Below, one piece after another: positions 9,889-18,418 of a stretch of DNA of 64,000 bases (its first letter is position 1; each line of letters begins with the position of its first letter). The notes under the pieces were generated by a model, which worked only from the letters and a program-made list of their open reading frames with translations, made no database searches and was not told the DNA's origin. The stretch spans positions 157,062 through 221,061 of the forward strand of contig JACOYR010000001.1 in assembly GCA_016181765.1 (NCBI GenBank), read 5' to 3'. The translations under genes and the position numbers were made by a program. This DNA comes from Parcubacteria group bacterium. Lineage in GTDB: Bacteria; Patescibacteriota; Patescibacteriia; UBA2169.

Positions 9889-10640
9889 ATACTCTTATTC
9901 ATGCGATTAATAAGCGCTACCTTCCTGCCTGACTGCAGCACTAGTATTCCCAAAAAGCCAATTGCATACATCCAGACAAAGATATCAATCCGGCCGAGAA
10001 GGGTAAAAACAAGCAGTGGTAGAACCATGCCAACCGAACTGAATATATTCCGGTTGACAATCCAATATGCCCAGCGGCTGAAAGACATTTTATTCGGGAC
10101 GGACTGCGCTGACGTGGCCCATGATTCAGATGCTTGTAAGGACATCAATCCATCCATTCTCACCTGTAAAAATCGGGTCAACAGCTTTGCCAATGTTCCA
10201 ACAAATCCGACAGCGAAGATGATTATATCCTGCGTTGCAATATACACGCCAATAGCAAGCGGCGCGAGCAGGAAAGCGTATTGCACGTCATGGCTGAACG
10301 GCTCCACAAACGCACTCCCCGCAAAGCCGGTATTTTTGCGCCAGCGAGCCACCTCCCCATCACAGGCATCTAGAATAATGGAACCATACACCAAACCAAC
10401 GCCGATCAATTGTTCCCGCAAACCGGAAAAAACAAACATCGAGATGCCCGCAAGATACACCAGAACGCCGATTACAGTAATCATGTTCGGCGTAATGGGG
10501 GTCGGGATAAGCAGCCGGGTGACGTAAATGGAAAAAAAACGGATTGTTCTTGCAACAAAGGTTTCGCGCGCCCCTTCTGGAGCTGTTTTTTGCAGCCGCT
10601 CGCGCAAATCGCGTATGTTAATTTTAGGCAATGTATTCAT
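9885..10640 (-). CDS. CDP-alcohol phosphotransferase (CDP-alcohol phosphatidyltransferase family) integral membrane enzyme
   Basis: Family signature D-x2-D-G-x2-A-R-x7,8-G-x3-G-x3-D is present as DACDGEVARWRKNTGFAGSAFVEPFSHD. Multiple TM helices. Confidence 0.75.
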   Translation of the reverse strand: MNTLPKINIRDLRERLQKTAPEGARETFVARTIRFFSIYVTRLLIPTPITPNMITVIGVLVYLAGISMFVFSGLREQLIGVGLVYGSIILDACDGEVARWRKNTGFAGSAFVEPFSHDVQYAFLLAPLAIGVYIATQDIIIFAVGFVGTLAKLLTRFLQVRMDGLMSLQASESWATSAQSVPNKMSFSRWAYWIVNRNIFSSVGMVLPLLVFTLLGRIDIFVWMYAIGFLGILVLQSGRKVALINRMNKSI

Positions 10641-11556
10641 AAAAATCTTGTTTTGAGACAGTAAAATTTTTGTAGCTGGAATAAAGATTATTCATTAAAA
10701 ATCTAAAATATCGCATTGTATTTTTCTTTAGAGATGCCATATAAAAGACATCAAATAAATGGCTGGCATACGCAAACATAATTGTTTTATATAATGCTTC
10801 ATATTCAAGGGCCGTAAGTTTTCGTACGCTTTTATACCCCCTATAAATATCTCTTGCGTATGTAAGATTCATCTTTTTATCGTACAGACCAAACCACATC
10901 ATCGTTTTTGCCAAATCAAGGACTAGCGGGCCAATATACGAATTATCAAAATCAATAATACCGTTCAGCCTTCCTTTGTAAAACAATACATTTTCCGGCT
11001 TTATATCAACATGAATTCCGCCGTTTGGCAGGCTTAAACTTAATCTGTATCTGATAATATCATCTTTGATTTCCTGAAATCTTCCCTTTAAAGGAATTCT
11101 GCTTTTAGCAACTGTCCGGGAGAATAAATTTATTTTGTTGCTCGTAAAGTTATAGTATTCATTTCTTTTACCCGACCATTTAAAATCCTTGGTCCTGCTG
11201 TGGATTTCGGCTAAGGTTTTACCTACATCTTTTCTTTGATTTAAAGTAATACTCTTTAAACTCTCTCCTGGAATATATTTATAAATAATTGCCGGGTACA
11301 AACCAACCTTAATAATCTCTTTGCCGCGTACAGGAACAATCTCCGGTACGGGCAACCCCGTAAGGCGCCCCAGTAGGGAAGTTTCAAAAGCAATCTCTTT
11401 TTCCTTTTTGTATCGGTATATTCTTAGTACATATTCCCCCTGTCCAGTTTTGACGTAATATGATTCATTAACTTGGCCGGACTTAAAACGCCTGATTTTT
11501 TTAACGTCTCCCAAATCCCAGCGCTTGCTTAAATTTTTAATTGAAGAGCTCATCAT
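10624..11556 (-). CDS. Aminoglycoside-phosphotransferase/choline-kinase-family small-molecule kinase
   Basis: Brenner motif GGIHVDIKPENVLF (H-x-D-x4-N) and IDFDNSY (DFG-like). About 310 aa, typical of APH/ChoK/homoserine-kinase-II enzymes. Confidence 0.65.
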   Translation of the reverse strand: MMSSSIKNLSKRWDLGDVKKIRRFKSGQVNESYYVKTGQGEYVLRIYRYKKEKEIAFETSLLGRLTGLPVPEIVPVRGKEIIKVGLYPAIIYKYIPGESLKSITLNQRKDVGKTLAEIHSRTKDFKWSGKRNEYYNFTSNKINLFSRTVAKSRIPLKGRFQEIKDDIIRYRLSLSLPNGGIHVDIKPENVLFYKGRLNGIIDFDNSYIGPLVLDLAKTMMWFGLYDKKMNLTYARDIYRGYKSVRKLTALEYEALYKTIMFAYASHLFDVFYMASLKKNTMRYFRFLMNNLYSSYKNFTVSKQDFYEYIA

Positions 11557-11560
11557 GCAA

Positions 11561-12583
11561 TTAAAATCTAATAACGCTTTTCAGTACTTTCCTGGTTTTA
11601 CCGGCGGCAAGAGCGTCCTCGATTTTTTCAAGCGGATAGACGTGATTTTTATCAAGGTAATCCCAGGCGTTTAATCTTTTATTTTTAATAAAATGAATAA
11701 TAGCATCGTGCGCTGAACCCTCGTCATAGGTGCGGCCATCGTAATAATTGAAATCTCCTTGCACTTGGGCTATGTCTATTTTGTAATCCAGATACTCATC
11801 CAAGCCATATACCCCTATTCTCCCGGATTTTTTGAGTAAAGGGAGTACATGGTTCAAAGTTTTGCTTTTGCCAACAGCATCAATAATGATATCTGCTCCA
11901 GAGTTCAATTCCGATGCGATGGCGCGAACATAGTCCGTGTCTTGGTAAGAAATGTACAGCTTTGTGTTTGCCTTGCTAAATAACTCTTTCCTGCCAGGAC
12001 TGCCGACTACGACTGGAATTAAACCAAGATTGCGAGCATGGTCTGCAAAAGCAAACGCAGTTGCTCCAGAACCGATGATTAAAACGACTTGTCCGGCTTT
12101 GGGTTCAATTCTCTTTAGGAACGAAAAGGTTTCGCGCCAGGTAATAATCATAGTTGACTCAATCGGGTCAAAACCAGCCGGCAAAACGCGGTGAATTGTT
12201 GATGCATGCCACAGAGACGCGTCCAGGCCGTCGTCGCGCATAGCTTGCCAGTCGGTAGCAATGCTCTTTTCGGCAAAAGCGCCCCACTGCATTTCATATC
12301 CGCTATCGCGAGGCAAACGATTGATTATCCGCGTTATAACATCACCTTTTTTAAAATTTTTGACTTTTTTCCCCCGTTCTATCACCTTACCTATACCCTC
12401 ATGCCCTAAAATTACCGGGTACCTAACATTATGATAGGGATCATTATGAACGATATGGAAATCAGTGGCGCCGCACACCGAAGCCGCCAGTGTTTCGCAC
12501 AAAACATCATAATCTCCGACAACCGGATCTGGCACGTCCTTGACAACAACTTCGCCTGGGGATTGTACAACTACGGCTTTCAT
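11561..12583 (-). CDS. Zinc-dependent alcohol/polyol dehydrogenase (MDR superfamily)
   Basis: MKAVVV...GDYDVLCETLAASVCGATD.H, GHEGIGKV, GDVI and Rossmann motif GSGATAFAFA. The coupling to the next gene by a start/stop ATGA overlap indicates an operon. Confidence 0.8.
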   Translation of the reverse strand: MKAVVVQSPGEVVVKDVPDPVVGDYDVLCETLAASVCGATDFHIVHNDPYHNVRYPVILGHEGIGKVIERGKKVKNFKKGDVITRIINRLPRDSGYEMQWGAFAEKSIATDWQAMRDDGLDASLWHASTIHRVLPAGFDPIESTMIITWRETFSFLKRIEPKAGQVVLIIGSGATAFAFADHARNLGLIPVVVGSPGRKELFSKANTKLYISYQDTDYVRAIASELNSGADIIIDAVGKSKTLNHVLPLLKKSGRIGVYGLDEYLDYKIDIAQVQGDFNYYDGRTYDEGSAHDAIIHFIKNKRLNAWDYLDKNHVYPLEKIEDALAAGKTRKVLKSVIRF

Positions 12584-13728
12584 ATAAAATCCATTATCAT
12601 TCGCGCGCGGCTATCCCAGGTATACTGCTTGACTGATTCGCGCGCCGCGCGCGGCAAATGTTTAATCTGATCCGGGTTGCGCATAACTCGATTAACTGAA
12701 CGGGCGAGATCATCCGGACTATCCGGCTCGCATAACAGCGCATTTTTATTGTGTGCTAAATACGGGGTAAAACTGGCGATACTACTGGCTACAATAGGCA
12801 CTCCAGACGCCATGTACTCAAACAGCTTAATGGGTGTGGTGTACTTCTGCGAGCGCTCCTCGTGCGCGGTATTAGGGAGTAGGAGCACATCAGCTGATTT
12901 TATAAATCGTATCACCTCCTTATGCGGCGTGAATGAGCGGAGGTACGTATTTGAAATACTGCATTCTTTGACGTACTGCGCTACTTTCGCGTAATCCTCT
13001 TTGGTGCCCCCTATCAAGACCACGGCAGCGCGAATGTCCTTGGCCGCATCCACAATCGTGTACACCCCTTTCCAACTATAGAAATGGCCAACGTACAGCG
13101 CGACCGGCATTCCAGGTTTGATTCCAAACTCCCGGTTCCAGAGTGATGCGTCCCGACTCACCGCATCGAACTCCGCGATATCAACACCATTCGGAGCACA
13201 TACGTACGATGCTTCTGGAATATCCATTGCGCGGTACTCATCAACCAACCCCCTTGCAACCACTACTTTTTTAGGGATGCGCTTTAAAAAAAACTCGTAC
13301 AATTCCTTAAATCGACTTTTCGGCTGATGATCTTCATATACAATCTGCTTCCCGGCGAGCGCCAGGAGAAAACTTGCAGTAATGTCGCGAGAGTATACGG
13401 TTCCGCGCCAGAACAGGCCGCAGAAAAACGCAACAAGCGCAAACCATACTCGCTGAAGCGGAAAATAGAGCGATTCACTTACGTACTGCAAAAGGCGGAC
13501 AACATCCGGCACGCGCGCGATGCTCATCAATCCGTCCTGAATATTGTAAAAATCCGCGATATTTGTTTTTATGTGGTTCTTCCGGCTCGGAATCAATAAT
13601 CTGACCGTACACCCTGCCCGCACGAGGGCTTCGATGGTTTTCGCAATCTGCAGACCATGCGCCTTTTCCGTGGGCATCCGCGAATTAGTGATATAGAGCA
13701 GGCGCATACGACCCCTTACTGCGGCCAC
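12580..13728 (-). CDS. Glycosyltransferase family 4 (GT-B fold)
   Basis: C-terminal EX7E-like region FEYMASGVPIVASS. N-terminal RLLYITNS...AHGLQIAKTIEAL. Confidence 0.7.
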   Translation of the reverse strand: MAAVRGRMRLLYITNSRMPTEKAHGLQIAKTIEALVRAGCTVRLLIPSRKNHIKTNIADFYNIQDGLMSIARVPDVVRLLQYVSESLYFPLQRVWFALVAFFCGLFWRGTVYSRDITASFLLALAGKQIVYEDHQPKSRFKELYEFFLKRIPKKVVVARGLVDEYRAMDIPEASYVCAPNGVDIAEFDAVSRDASLWNREFGIKPGMPVALYVGHFYSWKGVYTIVDAAKDIRAAVVLIGGTKEDYAKVAQYVKECSISNTYLRSFTPHKEVIRFIKSADVLLLPNTAHEERSQKYTTPIKLFEYMASGVPIVASSIASFTPYLAHNKNALLCEPDSPDDLARSVNRVMRNPDQIKHLPRAARESVKQYTWDSRARMIMDFI

Positions 13729-13970
13729 TTGTTGATGACATCCACAGCCCGCTTTTTAATTTTCATATATATATCTTCGGACTTCCTTTCTAATTCAGGT
13801 GATATGAGGCGCAAAATTTCCTTGCCCATAATACGATACTGTCCGCCGACCTTGTTGGCACGTAAAATTCCCCGTTTTAGTAGGCGTTTTACCGTACTTT
13901 CGCTAATCTTAAGCAAATCCTGGGCCTCCTGGGTCGTATAAACCGCATTTTCTTTGATTTCTTGAACCAT
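13716..13970 (-). CDS. Small helix-turn-helix DNA-binding protein (excisionase/MerR-type HTH)
   Basis: YTTQEAQDLLKISESTVKRLLKRGILRANKVGGQYRI is a classic excisionase-family HTH. It is the first gene behind a promoter region that contains tandem direct repeats. Confidence 0.6.
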   Translation of the reverse strand: MVQEIKENAVYTTQEAQDLLKISESTVKRLLKRGILRANKVGGQYRIMGKEILRLISPELERKSEDIYMKIKKRAVDVINKWPQ

Positions 13971-13979
13971 ATTGTGGAT

Positions 13980-14045
13980 AACTATAGTGATATACCAATA
14001 CTACCAAAAGTGTCAAAAAGTGTCAAAAGGTGTCATTGTTAATAA
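13980..14045. promoter_or_regulatory. Tandem 10-bp direct repeats (AAAGTGTCAAAA / AGTGTCAAAA / GGTGTCATTG) in the intergenic region upstream of the HTH gene; candidate operator array/promoter
   Basis: Repeats read directly in the sequence at about 14010 to 14040. The AT-rich intergenic region lies between convergent/divergent operon boundaries. Confidence 0.35.
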
Positions 14046-14090
14046 AAAATATCAAACAAAAAACCAATTATACTTAGTGTCCAGACAGCC

Positions 14091-14750
14091 CTATTGCCGA
14101 CACTCTTTTTCGATATCCACAGCTATGTCTTCCGGAGTTAATTTTTCCGCAAAAGACCCCTCCATCTCAAGCATTACCCGGGGAAAATCTTTTGAAAGGC
14201 CCTTTCCTGTGGCATTTGGGGAATATTGGGTTACCATAATTCCCCTATATTTAAGCTCAAGCCCAAGCGCCTCGCACAACCCAACCAAAGCATGCTTTGC
14301 CGTAAGATATGGGCCCAGACGCGGCATGGAATGGTTCGTAATTGCCGAACCTAATACAAAAATTCGGCGCAATGGGTGCTTGTGGGCAAGCAAGGCCTGC
14401 GCGACATGCCACAATCCTTTTACCTGTGTCTGCCAGTGCGCCTCATAATCCTCCCAACTCTCTTGAGAAAACTTTTTAAACTCAATCGGAGCGGCAACCG
14501 AGTATACGACATTATTAACCGGATCGCAGTCCGACAATACTGAATCAACGGCATCTGGGTCGGTTACATCAAGCGTCATAACCGATCCAACAATGCCTTT
14601 TGGCGGGCGGTACTCCCCTACCCCTGAATGTGTAAGCACCAAACTATGGCCTGTCTTAAAAAGGCGCTCACTGATAACTTTCCCAAAGGAGCTGGACGCG
14701 CCTATGATGAGCGTGGTTTGTATACTATTATCCGCCATAATGTCTATCAC
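14091..14750 (-). CDS. Short-chain dehydrogenase/reductase (SDR)
   Basis: N-terminal TLIIGASSSFGKVISERL (glycine-rich NAD(P)-binding motif). About 219 aa. Confidence 0.7.
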   Translation of the reverse strand: MIDIMADNSIQTTLIIGASSSFGKVISERLFKTGHSLVLTHSGVGEYRPPKGIVGSVMTLDVTDPDAVDSVLSDCDPVNNVVYSVAAPIEFKKFSQESWEDYEAHWQTQVKGLWHVAQALLAHKHPLRRIFVLGSAITNHSMPRLGPYLTAKHALVGLCEALGLELKYRGIMVTQYSPNATGKGLSKDFPRVMLEMEGSFAEKLTPEDIAVDIEKECRQ

Positions 14751-15150
14751 CTACTTTTGCCTCTCCTAAAACTGCGATTTCGCCCTGCGCATTGGTAATG
14801 GTAGTTTTAATCCGCAGCAGGGACACGGATTCAAGTTTTTCGGTTATCTCCCCGGCGACCGTAACTACATCTCCGACCAACACCGGCTTCCGGAATTCGG
14901 CGGTTTGCGAAAGGTACATATTATCATTCCCCAAAAAATACATGCCCACGAGCCGGGAAAATAAAGAAGCAAGAAGCATACCATGCGCCACGCAATCATC
15001 AAATCCCTTTTCCTGTGCAAAAACGCGGTCAGCATGCAGAAGATTCTTGTCGCCGGTAAGCGACGCAAAATCCGTTACCATGCCCCGCGTTATAGTAATG
15101 TTAAATGATTCCCGGTCGCCGACGTTACTATTGCCCCAATTAGCACTCAT
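14728..15150 (-). CDS. MaoC-like (R)-specific dehydratase, hot-dog fold
   Basis: FASLTGDKNLLHADRVFAQEKGFDDCVAHGMLLASLFSRLVG matches the MaoC/PhaJ hydratase motif. The ORF in the track starts further upstream (15261); the likely true start is the internal Met (MSANWG...). Confidence 0.7.
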   Translation of the reverse strand: MSANWGNSNVGDRESFNITITRGMVTDFASLTGDKNLLHADRVFAQEKGFDDCVAHGMLLASLFSRLVGMYFLGNDNMYLSQTAEFRKPVLVGDVVTVAGEITEKLESVSLLRIKTTITNAQGEIAVLGEAKVGDRHYGG

Positions 15151-15379
15151 ACTCAACAGCGTATTTATCAAGCGCCGCTTTAATGTCTGCGACCTTTTTA
15201 ACGGAAACAACTTCGTCAATAGTAAACGTAACCCCATAAGATTTTTCAAGCTCTGCCACAATCATGAGTCCGTTAAACGAATCCCAGCTCGGCGTGTTAT
15301 CTACAGATGTTTCTTCTGTAATGTCCTCTGCGGAGATGCCGAGAATCTCCGACAAAATCAGATATAATTTTTTATTCAT
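15140..15379 (-). CDS. Acyl carrier protein (DltC/ACP-like)
   Basis: LSEILGISAEDITEETSVDNTPSWDSFNGLMIVAELEKSYGV. The phosphopantetheine-attachment Ser lies in the DSF/DSL context. About 80 aa from the internal Met. Confidence 0.8.
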   Translation of the reverse strand: MNKKLYLILSEILGISAEDITEETSVDNTPSWDSFNGLMIVAELEKSYGVTFTIDEVVSVKKVADIKAALDKYAVEYEC

Positions 15380-16872
15380 AAGGCGCAACCGATGTGCTAA
15401 TAAAATCCAGCGGCTCAAACGTAAAATCACTTAAATCGTGTTCCCAGATGTCTTCCTCTCCGGATGCGCCTGCTTGTGCTACAAACCCGAAATCTCGGTA
15501 AAAGTCACGGACCTGGCTATTTTTCCGGGTTGGCAGATATTTCCCAACCACCTTTTTTGCCGCAATCTCTTTAAGCTGGTTCAAGACCGTCCCAAAAAAC
15601 TGGCACTCTATCCTCTTTCCTAGAATTCTACACGAAAGCAGCAAAGTGTCTATCTCCCAGCACCTCTTCTTGGTACCGGCGCGTGGTAAGATTGAACTGG
15701 TTAGTTTTTTGGGTAAGCTGCGAAGCGCGGGCAACATGTTCGTCGAGGATCGGGTGGATGTTAATGCGCATCCGGAGCCCCCGCAAAAAACTTTCAAGGT
15801 CAATAGATTTCTCTTTAAGCTTTCTCCTTTTTTTTTCGTCGGCATACATATGCGCTTTTTTGCGGTCCTCGTCTGTAATGCTGAACCGTGTGAATCCTTT
15901 ATACGAACGCAGCGCAGACACGTACTCCCGCGGATCGCGCGGAAGATCAATCACCGCCATCTCGGGAAGCGCGGACGCAACCAGTTCCCGATTGCGCGGA
16001 TCATCGTCAATAAACACCATGCTCTCAAGGCCGATGTTCAGCTCCTGCGCCAGCTCCTGCATGTTCTGCGCCTTGTTGCTCCAGTTAATGCGGGCTGCCG
16101 CAAAATCGTCTTCCGTAAGCAGCATATGCCTATGCTTCGCAAACACCTCCGCAACGTCGGCTTCGTTATTCCTGCTGTTGATGGCCAATATAATGCCGCT
16201 CTCCTGTAATTGCTTAATGGCACGCTGGAATTCGTAAAAAGGCGATCCCGCGCCACTCGGCGAAAGCGCGATGCCGGAGAGCCCATCTTCTCCGATAACA
16301 CCTCCCCAGAGCGTATTATCCAAATCCAGCACCAGACACTTTTTTGTTTTCCCGGCAAGCGGCACCAGATATGCGACAAGCTCGTTTGCAAAAAGCTCAA
16401 ACGCATGCGGCGCGAGCCGCATATCGGCAAGCTCGCGGTACTTTGTGTTCCAGTAGGCGTCCTTACCGAGAGACGCAATCCAACGGTTGAAATCAAAAAC
16501 ATGCACCTGCGTATTGTTTTTAAACCGGCGCACAAGCTCCTCGTTTACCGCTGTATCTGCCGCAGATTCGTCAACTTTGGTGCATACAATTATTTTTGCC
16601 GAAGTTTTAAAGCACAGCTGGTCAATCAGGGATATTTGGCTCACGGCATCCTCAAAATCCACTACCAGATAAATAATATCCAGTTTAAACGCGTACAACT
16701 CCTCTCCTAAAATTTCCTGCTGCCACTGCCCATACTCCCCGAGGTACGCCTGGATTGGGATGCCATAACGCGCGGCCTGTTGGCGCAGCTTTTCTTCCAC
16801 CCCTTTAACGGTGAAATTAGAAAGCAACGCTGCATGGTATGTTGTTTTATGCATAGCGCGCCGCAACCGCAA
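15372..16872 (-). CDS. FkbH-like HAD-superfamily enzyme (glyceryl-ACP loading type), with an apparent frameshift near 15630
   Basis: Hallmark CLVLDLDNTLWGGVIGEDG (HAD DxD motif in FkbH context). The 414-aa ORF stops at 15628 and protein-like sequence continues in another frame (…LGKRIECQFFGTVLNQLKEIAAKKVVGKY…) down to 15372. Confidence 0.6.
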
Positions 16873-17182
16873 CCGCGGTTTCGTCGGTGTGGCTAATGCT
16901 TATATAGAAGTGTTTGCTCGTCTCCCCGTCGATGCAGGCACGGGGCGTGCCGTCCTTTTGGTGCGCAACGGAAATGCGGTCAAACCTGCCGACCAGATCC
17001 CCGCCCGCAGCTTTCATAAGCGCTTCTTTCGCGGCGTACAACCCGGCCAAACTCGCGGACGGATTCGGGCGGTTGAATGCGTATTCCCATTCCTCGTGCG
17101 TAAAAAACTTTTTCCAATGCGGAAAATCACCCTGCGCAAGCTTGATAAAACGGCGGACAGCAATAATGTCAATTCCTATCAT
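16847..17182 (-). CDS. acpS: Holo-[acyl-carrier-protein] synthase (4'-phosphopantetheinyl transferase)
   Basis: MIGIDIIAVRRF...FTHEEWEYA...LAGLYAAKEALMKAAG...ISISHTDETAVAVA shows the full AcpS motif set. 111 aa. Confidence 0.85.
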   Translation of the reverse strand: MIGIDIIAVRRFIKLAQGDFPHWKKFFTHEEWEYAFNRPNPSASLAGLYAAKEALMKAAGGDLVGRFDRISVAHQKDGTPRACIDGETSKHFYISISHTDETAVAVAARYA

Positions 17183-17218
17183 ATGCAGTTCTATTTAAAA
17201 TATAACACACTGCGCCAA

Positions 17219-18409
17219 TCAGTCCAGCGCGGCCTCCCAATACATTTCAGCGGGCGTGGTGCGCGGATCCTCCAACACATTCGTAAGCCGGGCGCGCAGG
17301 GATGCGCAATCTTCAAATATGTCCCCGCTGCACAATGCATCGAGTATGTGCGTAAACAAAATGGATATGCCCGTCTCGGTTGCATGGAACCCGTCCAGCA
17401 TGTAAGTATCTTCAAGCCCCCATGCGCTGATGTCCGAAAAATCGAAAAACGGGAATCCGCGCTTCGTAAAAACCGGCGGAATTTGTTCCGAGAAAGCGCT
17501 TGCAAACGGAGCATAATGCGAATGTATAATCGCCTGGTATGCGTCGCTCGCAAACGGACCCGCAACTCCAATAACCGTTATGCCGCGCTTTTGGGCTTTT
17601 TCCAGAAACTCATCCAGCAACGCAACGCCGCGCTCATCAAAAGAGCTTTCAAGCTCAAAAGGCGGGTATCCGTTTTCCGCGCGCTCCACCACGGGGTTGG
17701 TTTCCCGGTCAACATATGAGGGATCCTCACGCATCATGCGCACATAGGTGCCGTACTGCCGGCTCCCGTCCCGCCTGAATCCGTCGCCGTTCTCAATAGC
17801 CGCAATGCCGATTGCGTGATTATTGGTAAGTGGATCCTTTCTGGTAAATACCGCAGCCACATAAGAAGGGTCTTTCAATAACGCAGTAAACAAATGCCGG
17901 CTTGCGTAGAGGTAGGAACGCCAATTGTATGCCTCTTCCCCTCTCACATGCTCTCTTGCAAACGCCCGCGTCTCAATGCGGGAGCTGTCAAACCACCACA
18001 TGTCCACCCCCAGGATAATAATATCCGGCGCATCTTCTTCTTTAAGAATATCAATAAAATCAATTAGATCCCTGAGGCTGATAAGCATATTGCCTGCATT
18101 ATAAAAAATATACGCGCCGCCAAACACCTCCTGTCGCAGTTCCAAAACACGGGAGGAACCAAGCGCAAGAACATCAACATCCTGCTGCTGTACATTGAAA
18201 TACTTGTACTTTGCGGTTTCTTCGGAAACAACCCGCCGCGCGAACAAATATTCCTCGGGCCGCGCCTGTTTGTCTACAACACTCTGCAATGTAGTAACTT
18301 CACCGGAGGCAATTGCCAAAAAAATTCCAAAACCCACCAGAGCAAAAACCGGGGCAAAAAACAATGCCATGGTTTTAAGGAACGCTCGGATATCTACAGT
18401 GTATTGCAT
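17219..18409 (-). CDS. DltD-like / SGNH-type extracytoplasmic O-acyltransferase partner protein (membrane-anchored)
   Basis: N-terminal TM helix, ALGSSRV serine motif and C-terminal YMLDGFHATETG (D-x2-H of SGNH/DltD-like triad). Sits immediately next to the MBOAT gene. Confidence 0.5.
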   Translation of the reverse strand: MQYTVDIRAFLKTMALFFAPVFALVGFGIFLAIASGEVTTLQSVVDKQARPEEYLFARRVVSEETAKYKYFNVQQQDVDVLALGSSRVLELRQEVFGGAYIFYNAGNMLISLRDLIDFIDILKEEDAPDIIILGVDMWWFDSSRIETRAFAREHVRGEEAYNWRSYLYASRHLFTALLKDPSYVAAVFTRKDPLTNNHAIGIAAIENGDGFRRDGSRQYGTYVRMMREDPSYVDRETNPVVERAENGYPPFELESSFDERGVALLDEFLEKAQKRGITVIGVAGPFASDAYQAIIHSHYAPFASAFSEQIPPVFTKRGFPFFDFSDISAWGLEDTYMLDGFHATETGISILFTHILDALCSGDIFEDCASLRARLTNVLEDPRTTPAEMYWEAALD

Positions 18410-18418
18410 ATATATATC

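Noticed and set aside
15646-16237. Two plus-strand ORFs of about 185 aa
   Set aside because: They are antisense to the FkbH-like gene. They are low-complexity Ser/Arg-rich.
16811-17719. 302-aa plus-strand ORF
   Set aside because: It is antisense to the well-supported acpS and DltD-like genes. It has an Arg/Ala-rich low-complexity composition typical of a GC-skewed shadow frame.
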